Origin: Bdellovibrionales bacterium | Lineage (GTDB): Bacteria; Bdellovibrionota; Bdellovibrionia; Bdellovibrionales; JAGQZY01 | Reading direction: 5' to 3' | Assembly (NCBI GenBank): GCA_964230645.1 | Contig: CAXRHT010000001.1 | Coordinates: forward strand, 640,001 to 704,000 | DNA: 64,000 bases | Shown: positions 57,501-64,000 of the stretch, piece after piece | Layout: every line of letters begins with the position of its first letter | Numbering within the stretch: the stretch's first letter is position 1 | Notes under the pieces: generated by a model | Seen by the model: the letters and a program-made list of their open reading frames with translations, nothing else | Database searches by the model: none | Told to the model about the DNA's origin: nothing | Translations under genes and position numbers: made by a program

Positions 57501-59086
57501 TCATTGATATCCACAGGGAAAATGAACGTCGTTACGAAATGGAAATGGACGCTCTTTCTCAAATGGGCAATTACACCAAATCTTTTAATCTTGAGTATGT
57601 CAGTCTTGATGATAAAGAGCCTTTGACAGTTTTCAAGCAAGGTTGCTCTTTTGAAGAGGGCGAAGACTGCTTTCCAAGGACAACCAGAGGTGTGACTCCC
57701 TCTGATCAGTTTATTACAGAACTTAATAGAGAACCTTTGGTTCGACTCCTTCAAAAATACTATTACCTCAACTCGAAGTCGGAATTAGAGCGAGTGAATG
57801 CGGAGGTTGAAAGCCGCTCGGATCTTTCAAGACGAGACCAATTACAGCCACTTTGGAATCGTTCGACCGAAGACAGCGGGCTTCTTTTTTCTTTCCTAGG
57901 AAAAATTGATACAGCGTTGCCTCCCATGGGTTTTCGGGATCGTGGTATTGGCAACCAGTACCTCCGTTCTGGAAGAGAGTACGTCGAGGAAAACTACGGT
58001 CCCGGCAGCGACCCTGTAGTGAATACCGAAGATGTCAGTTCTTGGTTAAAAAACGGCATGGATTCCATGAAATTAGAAGACGCCCTTCGAATCTGTACCC
58101 TACTTGCAGGCCAGTCCGCAAAGATGCTTAAAGAAAAGGACCTCGTTGATCAGGACTATAGTGCTTGGAGCGGTGGGCCTGAGCACAGTATGGAAGAGCA
58201 ACTTCAGTTAAGATGTTTTAACCGCATTAAATACCTACCAAACTCTAAAGAAGTCTTCTTTGATGGTATCCATTTTGATCGACGTTATAAGATTTTAGAA
58301 ACCGGGTCGTACGAGCATATTGCTGGTATGAATATGAACATCAATGTCGGCATTAACTTTGGAATCAGCTCCTACGATGATGTTAGTACGGCTTCCTCCC
58401 TTGGGCTCAATGATTCCGCAGTCCTTGGTCTTCCCGCAGCCGGGATCGGTCTCGGTCTCGCGATGGCCGGAGCGGCCGCTCCTGTAGCCGTTGCTGGAGG
58501 AGCTTTTGTTGCGGCCAGTGGTGGACTTCTGGTGGCTTCAAGGGCTTCTACAGAGGCTGACGGTGTCAATCAAGCCACCACCACAGCTGTCGACGCGGCC
58601 ACCTTCTTAGTGGTCCAAAAAGCCGACTTTGATATTAAGATCAAACGCCATATCAAGTGTGTAACCTTGAAGTTTGGAGCCGAATTTTTAGAATCACTGA
58701 ACGCGAGACACCTGGAACTAAAAGAGGATGTAAAGGTCACCGACTTTAAGGTCCAAGAGGCTCTCACCCGAGGTTATATGATTTGTGACAACAAAGAAAC
58801 CGACGAGGTAGAGACGATCCGCGAGAGCTACTATTATGTGACTCAACATTTCACCGCCGGTGACATGCTCGACGATGTAAATTTACTTAACCATATTTGG
58901 CTTCTTTCTCTGCGTGGAAAAAGAGACTTCAACGAATTTATTCGAATCTTGAAATCGAAAAAAATCGATAAAAATGGAGAGGTCATTGAGGGTGATGAGA
59001 TTTATGATTATGCTCTCTCAAGGCTTGGACGTGTTTATAAGCAGGTCGTCCCTACCTTCCCAGGGCTCTACTCCGCTCAAGAGTAA
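54506..59086 (+). CDS. Giant (1,526 aa) lipoprotein of unknown function
   Basis: GGAG RBS then ATG 54506; lipobox LSSC; internal repeat; coiled coil; Gly/Ala-rich hydrophobic segment near the C-terminus. Confidence 0.8.
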   Translation: MCSSKKLRSFCIVISNLALAFSLSSCLRSASDPTSPGVTEDVTGDFKALVIDGSSVESSRNPHWQLPTEKTYDYRVCLISRMTEAPLPIGQSFHLKNPQGEVKELTTDNLGCINWTETIPFNFMSDAFFIEKKRTLIGMGTYRGSSILRYAINPWLSYHGNSGKEVVDLERGNNNIPSARLIPEQAEDDSLAGLFSHRNSRNLLVERNISYQMIPTGDHESGKYFNLNVQLRPFIEPRNMNNDRTKIPLNTGRFRVFVQLVGSYIGESQNPQKVILTPELAPQEINIQSESTLQFRQNNVPLSRQITTGQVQLAIRVVPIDPPFAMNEFEGLYNIGNFNQIFQSTSLSQVQGSQDQDTFSYSDLLNDTENFEELSQAGWVHDLPPVEYSNLEPRFVQVKPGETSTERTIIYRVATQVTDSVDGSPIIKQPFTIVHPKESCQEATVREVMDRLNQDGTCEEDMETDHRGYLYWRDELTHLYYEREHRILQDFKIIHKRSNRSDTYTLALNPWDEGWTFGGDLRSRIVEKDYDFDMAEAKPNLLMIDAFRYQTIRFRYVIDEFLTLNVKKAVVMALDPLVQRDTLYRGRIFEPLRDGVYLVKIALVKYYIDPFQNGLHLHKKDCKEGDSSENCYQVQPVSAGGEARKGQYTTVIKKLLRVQAGRITTPLEFSMRDLRMMSIRSNIMVQLETIDEKRLLRDNLVNERLMELEREYFEFNPETMTDEDREFFQARYGYLPEEMSEEQKARFLAERAQEFEEEKDKFLEFIRESREDLEATRAEQREVQRRRFELVDQIERELTQGSAQREYERPDPLISLPRGEFDEIIERARSNIGRMELDMKEHWSQWDENWEDVMSSYEHGEYIVEDRSFRRTYFDYLAMMQTFLLDYGIDQVVTESDRNRLMLNNYTQNPVAPIVDLNFYRNKSGLKRRTFIGPCTLVENENMSEMRPTDTVDEKYCDRIDCGETLYEPRFPLPDNSEFENSAHHDSLKPFANMHVDEVIDIHRENERRYEMEMDALSQMGNYTKSFNLEYVSLDDKEPLTVFKQGCSFEEGEDCFPRTTRGVTPSDQFITELNREPLVRLLQKYYYLNSKSELERVNAEVESRSDLSRRDQLQPLWNRSTEDSGLLFSFLGKIDTALPPMGFRDRGIGNQYLRSGREYVEENYGPGSDPVVNTEDVSSWLKNGMDSMKLEDALRICTLLAGQSAKMLKEKDLVDQDYSAWSGGPEHSMEEQLQLRCFNRIKYLPNSKEVFFDGIHFDRRYKILETGSYEHIAGMNMNINVGINFGISSYDDVSTASSLGLNDSAVLGLPAAGIGLGLAMAGAAAPVAVAGGAFVAASGGLLVASRASTEADGVNQATTTAVDAATFLVVQKADFDIKIKRHIKCVTLKFGAEFLESLNARHLELKEDVKVTDFKVQEALTRGYMICDNKETDEVETIRESYYYVTQHFTAGDMLDDVNLLNHIWLLSLRGKRDFNEFIRILKSKKIDKNGEVIEGDEIYDYALSRLGRVYKQVVPTFPGLYSAQE

Positions 59087-60018
59087 TTGCGGATATAATC
59101 GTGAACCACTTGTAAGGCGACCTCTTGTTCTGAGAGGTCGAACCAGCGAATCTCCTCATCTCTTTTAAACCAGGTCATCTGTTTTTTGATAAGCTGCATA
59201 GTTGAGGTGACGATTTTGTCCTCAAGGGAAGTCCAGGGGAGCTCGCCTTTAAGATATGCGACCACTTCTTTATAACCCACACTTTTCATAGGGGGCCAGT
59301 CTTGAAGCCCCTGGGCCATTAAAGACTCGACTTCTTTTACAAAACCTTCTGAGATCATTCTTTGAGTTCTTAGATGCACTCTTTCACGCAAAACAGATTT
59401 TTCAGCTTTCAGGCCAATCTTTAACTTTTGGTGCGGAGGAAGGATAGAGTAATTCTTTTTTTTCATTTCCTCTTTAAGTTCGGTCATTGATTTATTTTGA
59501 GTCATCATGACCTGAACCGAACGTCTTATGCGGTAGTGATCATTGATACTGATTTTTCTTGCGAAGTCAGGATCTTTTTCTTGCATCCAGTGGTAGAGGG
59601 CCTCAAAGCCATCTTCGTCGATCCACTTTTTAACTTTAGCTTCAACCTTCTCGGAAACCTTAGAGTCAGGATAAAGCCCTTTTTCAAGAGCTTGAATATA
59701 AAAACCACTTCCTCCGACAAAGAGCCCTTTTTCAAGTTCATTTGTCTCAAGGCAATTTTGTACTTCTTTAAGATAATCGGCGGCTGTTAGCGTCTCGGGA
59801 GGCTCTACGAAATCATAGAGATAGTGAGGCAGAGAGTCTCTTTCTTGGAGGCTGGGTTTCGCTGTACCGATATCTAATTTTTTATAAACCTGAAGACTGT
59901 CGCAATTGATTAGAGGCCAGTCATGCTTGGCTGCAACCTCCATGGCAAAACGGGATTTCCCTGCAGCGGTGGGCCCCAGTATAAAAACGAAGAGGTGCTT
60001 TTTTTGATTTTCTGACAA
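59077..60018 (-). CDS. miaA: tRNA dimethylallyltransferase
   Basis: GPTAAGKS, DSLQVY, IGTAKP, VGGSGFY, KKQMTWF; follows mutL. Confidence 0.97.
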   Translation of the reverse strand: MSENQKKHLFVFILGPTAAGKSRFAMEVAAKHDWPLINCDSLQVYKKLDIGTAKPSLQERDSLPHYLYDFVEPPETLTAADYLKEVQNCLETNELEKGLFVGGSGFYIQALEKGLYPDSKVSEKVEAKVKKWIDEDGFEALYHWMQEKDPDFARKISINDHYRIRRSVQVMMTQNKSMTELKEEMKKKNYSILPPHQKLKIGLKAEKSVLRERVHLRTQRMISEGFVKEVESLMAQGLQDWPPMKSVGYKEVVAYLKGELPWTSLEDKIVTSTMQLIKKQMTWFKRDEEIRWFDLSEQEVALQVVHDYIRNYS

Positions 60019-60020
60019 GT

Positions 60021-61856
60021 TTATACCCTACGACCAAAATCTTTTTCTATTTGTGAAAAAGGAAATTCAATGGCGACAGAGCGGCCATGGGGACAAAAAC
60101 CAGAGAGAGGAAACTCATCCATATCCTCGAGTAATTGCTCCATTTCGTTCTGACTTAAGGATTGTCCAGCGCGAATAACAGAATGGCAAGCCATAGTTGC
60201 AAAGAGATCTCCGATTTTGGTCTCTAGAGCAAAACTTCCACCCTTAGCAAGCACTTCTCTAGCCAACTCCCCTAAAACTTCAACAAGAGCTTTTTCGGTA
60301 ATAAGACTTGGCAGAGTGCTGACCGCTAAACTCGCAGGCCCCTCTTGCTCGATGGTGATCCCCATTTTTCCTAGATCTTCCTGGAGTCCTAAAAGAGCTT
60401 CCACCTCTGTTTCTTCAAGGTCGATGGTTAAAGGAAGAAGAAGGGACTGGATCTCTAATCCGCCCTCTTTAAAACCTTTCATTAGTCGCTCAAAGGCGAC
60501 TCTCTCGTGAGCGGCGTGCTGATCGACAAGTATCATTTTCCCGTCGGCTTGAGTCACAATATAGGTGAGATCCATTTGACCAATCACTTGTAACCTCGCC
60601 CAGGTTTTTGCTTTTGCTTCGGCTGAAGACTCTTCACTGGGAAACACTCCCTCTTCTAGAGTCGTTTCCAGAGCTTGGAACTCTTCGCCTCGGTCGCCGG
60701 CTTCTTGTAGGTTTTGAAAACTCGGCATGGGTTCAGGTGCCTTTTCTTGAAAGCTAAAATTCTTTTTTTGGTACTGAACTTTCTCAAAGCTATGGTCTTG
60801 AAAACTTTCGTTACGCTCTTCGCGCTGAGGGGGGCGAAGAGAAGCTGAGCCCTTATTGGCTGAAAAGCCCTGTTCGTTCCATGGCGCCTTTTCAATAGCT
60901 TCCCTCAATGCGTAATGAACCACACGGAAAGCTTTTTTGGCGTCGACAAATTTGACCTGAGATTTGGTGGGATGAATATTCACATCCACCTCATCGGTTG
61001 GGCATTCTACGGAGACAAAACAAATGGGATACTGTCCATGCATCAGTAAGCTTCGATAAGCTTCCATTACGGCCGCTTGCAAGCCCCTATCCTGAACCCA
61101 TCGATTTTGTACGAATGTCCAAATCTGTCTTGAGACTCTGACCACCGTCGATGGGTCAGAGAAAATAACGTGGGATTTAAAGCCCTCGTATTCGAAATAG
61201 TTTTCAAAAAGTCTTTCGGTTTCTAAAACCTTTTTCACTCGCTCTATGGGTTTTTCTTCGGCCGGCCAAAAGTAGACCATTTTACCTTTGTTCTTAAATT
61301 TAATTTCTACCTGTGGGTACTGTAATGCCATGGCTTTGATGACATTTTTTATTTGAGTGACCTCGGCAGAATCCGATTTTAAAAATTTAAGGCGGGCTGG
61401 AATATTTGAGAAAAGGTCCTGCACATGAACTTGAGTCCCCTCTTGGAAAGAGGTTTCAAAGGTCTCACCAACATTGCCAAAGTCACAGGTCACTTTGTAG
61501 GCCTTGTCGGCCCCCTTTCTCCGACTGACAAAATCGAGGCGACTCACTGAGGAGATACTCGCCAAAGCTTCCCCTCGAAAACCAAAAGTGTGGAGATTCC
61601 ATAAATCATCCGATTTTTGAATTTTGCTGGTAGCGTGCCTTGCAAAAACCAGAGGGATCTCTTCTTTTAAAACCCCTTTGCCATTATCAGTGACACATAT
61701 GTCTTTTCCACCTTCAAATACTTCCACACTCAATTCTGTGGCGCCAGCGTCGATGCTGTTTTCCAGTAACTCTTTTAAAAGATGGCTTGGGCGTTCAACG
61801 ACTTCTCCGGCCGCGATCTTATCCACAACATCGGATTTTAGCTTTTGAATTTCCAT
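60021..61856 (-). CDS. mutL: DNA mismatch repair endonuclease MutL
   Basis: IAAGEVVERP, GFRGEAL, DQHAAHERV (endonuclease motif), ACH, CPHGR. Confidence 0.98.
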   Translation of the reverse strand: MEIQKLKSDVVDKIAAGEVVERPSHLLKELLENSIDAGATELSVEVFEGGKDICVTDNGKGVLKEEIPLVFARHATSKIQKSDDLWNLHTFGFRGEALASISSVSRLDFVSRRKGADKAYKVTCDFGNVGETFETSFQEGTQVHVQDLFSNIPARLKFLKSDSAEVTQIKNVIKAMALQYPQVEIKFKNKGKMVYFWPAEEKPIERVKKVLETERLFENYFEYEGFKSHVIFSDPSTVVRVSRQIWTFVQNRWVQDRGLQAAVMEAYRSLLMHGQYPICFVSVECPTDEVDVNIHPTKSQVKFVDAKKAFRVVHYALREAIEKAPWNEQGFSANKGSASLRPPQREERNESFQDHSFEKVQYQKKNFSFQEKAPEPMPSFQNLQEAGDRGEEFQALETTLEEGVFPSEESSAEAKAKTWARLQVIGQMDLTYIVTQADGKMILVDQHAAHERVAFERLMKGFKEGGLEIQSLLLPLTIDLEETEVEALLGLQEDLGKMGITIEQEGPASLAVSTLPSLITEKALVEVLGELAREVLAKGGSFALETKIGDLFATMACHSVIRAGQSLSQNEMEQLLEDMDEFPLSGFCPHGRSVAIEFPFSQIEKDFGRRV

Positions 61857-61891
61857 AGCTCTCCCCTTTTAAAAAACAGCTCACCAGCCGA

Positions 61892-62590
61892 TCAAACTAA
61901 AAAGCGGATCTGCCAAACACGGTAAAAAGCTTCGATCACAATTTTTAAGCTCATTTTGCTGGCTCCTTCTCGTCTTTCATCAAATAGAATGGGAACCTCT
62001 TCGACCTTAAAATTCCTTTTTAATCCGCGGAACTTCATTTCGATTTGAAAACTATAACCTTCCGAACGAACGTCTTCGAGCTTTAAGGCCTTTAGCACTC
62101 GAATGTTCCAAGCATTAAATCCCCCCGTCCAATCGTGAACCGGGTACCCAAGGATCATACGTGAATAAAAACTTCCAAAAAGACTGATGGCTTTTCGATA
62201 CCAGGCCCAGTTGGAAGTGCCACCGCCTGTGACATACCGAGAACCTATCACGAAATCACTGCGATCAAGAGCTGCGATAAGGTTTTTTATATCTTGAGGA
62301 CGATGGGAAAAATCGGCATCCATCTGAATGCAGGCATCAAAGCCCTCTTTGATCCCATAGGCAAAGCCTTGCAAGTAGGCTTTACCAAGTCCGCCTTTGC
62401 CTTTATTTTCAATGAGATGAACCTGATTGTTGGTTTCAGCCTGCTTTTTTACAAAGGCACCAGTGCCATCGGGAGAGCCATCATCGACCACCAGAATATG
62501 GATATCCGGATGCTCAGTGAAAACAGCTTCCATGATCGGACCAATGTTTTCGATTTCGTTGTATGTCGGAATAATTATGAGCCTTTTCAT
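61892..62590 (-). CDS. Polyprenol-phosphate mannose synthase-like GT2 glycosyltransferase
   Basis: IIPTYNE, VDDGSPDGT, QMDADFSH, GSRY, GYSFQIEM. Confidence 0.92.
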   Translation of the reverse strand: MKRLIIIPTYNEIENIGPIMEAVFTEHPDIHILVVDDGSPDGTGAFVKKQAETNNQVHLIENKGKGGLGKAYLQGFAYGIKEGFDACIQMDADFSHRPQDIKNLIAALDRSDFVIGSRYVTGGGTSNWAWYRKAISLFGSFYSRMILGYPVHDWTGGFNAWNIRVLKALKLEDVRSEGYSFQIEMKFRGLKRNFKVEEVPILFDERREGASKMSLKIVIEAFYRVWQIRFLV

Positions 62591-62677
62591 AGGCCCTCCT
62601 TCTAACTGAGAATAGGCCTTGAGAAAAGGATTTCAGGGCTTTTTTTAGCCATTTAAGGGTAGGACGAGTATATGATG

Positions 62678-62713
62678 AAAAAAGAGGCGGTCCATATTTG
62701 GCCGCCTCTTTTT
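62678..62713. terminator. Intrinsic terminator
   Basis: AAAAAAGAGGCGGTC-CATATTT-GGCCGCCTCTTTTT. Confidence 0.8.
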
Positions 62714-62770
62714 AATGAGTCATTCCTTTTTTGGATTAGGAATCCCATTTTTCTGCTGTAATCCTCTGAT

Positions 62771-64000
62771 TTAATTCACCTTTTGCAGATTTACAGGTCT
62801 TCCAATCCCTTGACCACCGACAACAACAAAACCAGTAAGCTGAGTTTCATCATCTTCCAACTGTTTTAGGCGCAAGTGGATAAAAGAACGGGCTCGGGTT
62901 TGACCCGAGGTGAGATAGATAAACCCAAGTCCTCCTTGAGTTCCTTGCTGAAGCTCTACCTGAGTCTTTCCTCCATCAATGACCAAACGACCAATGGAGT
63001 AGTCGCGGAAATTTTGCACAAAAAGAGTGACGTCTTTTTCACGCCCACGAGGAAGCTGAATGCGCCCACGGTACTCTCCAGTGATGTAGGTGGCATCGGA
63101 CTTATTGATCGTAAAAAAGTCAGGATAATCCTCCACTTTTTGACCACTCAATTCTTTTCTTGAATCATCAGTGGCGAAAGGCAATTCCATCTGAATTTCT
63201 TTTTCCTTTGAGATTTGAAAGCGAGCCACGAAGTTAGGAAAAGGATTATCATCAGGGACAAAATCACTGGCCAAGTACTCATTACCGTCGATGGAATAAG
63301 TCACATTGAAAAGACTTTGATAGAGAACTCCATCTCTAAGCCCCAATGTGGCTAAGAGGCGATCCTCAGTGGCTCTTACTAATGTCAGAGTCCAAGAATT
63401 ACCCTCTCCATCTCTTAAACGGTAAGTCCCTTCATGATTCTCCGCTGTGGCAATCGCTGCAGCCATTCGGGTTTCAATTTTCTCATTGAGGTCTTGAGCA
63501 AGGTCCATCAAGCCTCGGCTACGAAGTTCACTTGAAACCAATCGAATGGTTTCTAAATAGTCGATTATGTAAGCAGAAGGCGGCATATTGCGCGCATCGA
63601 TGAGACGATAGACCACTCCTTGCAAATAAACAGAGCTTAATTGGGTGATAGAATTTTTAAGAGCCTCTTCCTCAAGAGGAGTCGCTGATTCAAGAGCTTT
63701 TCCGAGAAACTCCACAAAGATATCACCGTAAATATTTGTGACACCCGTGGGAAGAGTGTTTGAAATATTTTGCAAATGGGAGCCTGTCTCTAGAACTTGG
63801 AAGCTTATTCTGTCCATCTGCTCAGGGGAAGCTTGCAGCACCTGTGAATAGAGAAAAAGTAAATAGTTTTCTACAAAGCGAACCTGCTCAAGACCACTAA
63901 GCCATTTGGTATAGTCTTCACCTTGCATTTCCGGATTATTGGTTAATACTTTTTCCGAAAGACTGGATAACAGAACTTTTGTTTTACCAATAAGAACAAG
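62771..64000 (-). CDS. Hypothetical protein, 3' part (frame open to the window edge)
   Basis: Frame stays open for 24 codons upstream of the track's ATG at 63928; helical region followed by two beta-rich modules (GTYR.., GEYRG..). Confidence 0.75.
   Translation of the reverse strand, partial: LVLIGKTKVLLSSLSEKVLTNNPEMQGEDYTKWLSGLEQVRFVENYLLFLYSQVLQASPEQMDRISFQVLETGSHLQNISNTLPTGVTNIYGDIFVEFLGKALESATPLEEEALKNSITQLSSVYLQGVVYRLIDARNMPPSAYIIDYLETIRLVSSELRSRGLMDLAQDLNEKIETRMAAAIATAENHEGTYRLRDGEGNSWTLTLVRATEDRLLATLGLRDGVLYQSLFNVTYSIDGNEYLASDFVPDDNPFPNFVARFQISKEKEIQMELPFATDDSRKELSGQKVEDYPDFFTINKSDATYITGEYRGRIQLPRGREKDVTLFVQNFRDYSIGRLVIDGGKTQVELQQGTQGGLGFIYLTSGQTRARSFIHLRLKQLEDDETQLTGFVVVGGQGIGRPVNLQKVN

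Overview
A gene-dense stretch of bacterial chromosome (GC in the low 40s by eye), most likely from a predatory Bdellovibrionota/Bdellovibrionales organism. That assignment is inferred from the deltaproteobacterial-type gspH-N T2SS cluster, many orphan secreted proteins and lipoproteins, and sigma-28-type promoters. Housekeeping content: gspHIJKLMN, ssb, amidase-rph-rdgB-prs-rplY-pth-ychF, oppABC, slt, glpK, hutI, yicC-gmk-rpoZ-spoT and mutL-miaA. No rRNA, tRNA, CRISPR array, transposase, integrase or reverse transcriptase was seen. The most unusual signal is a set of small palindromic elements. (i) A 78-nt cloverleaf core with compensatory base changes occurs twice, each time closed by a different perfect 36-44 bp inverted repeat; one copy sits in frame in the cleavable leader of GspJ. 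(ii) A MITE/REPIN-like family has conserved arms and unrelated interiors. Genes next to both families show a strong, directional synonymous base skew (G/T on the strand leaving the element, C/A on the strand approaching it), suggesting local strand-specific mutagenesis. Other candidates: a sigma-54-driven ~59-nt sRNA, a sigma-28-driven structured RNA partly resembling a c-di-GMP-I riboswitch, a secreted tandem uracil-DNA-glycosylase-fold protein, and an outer-membrane barrel paired with a 1,526-aa lipoprotein.
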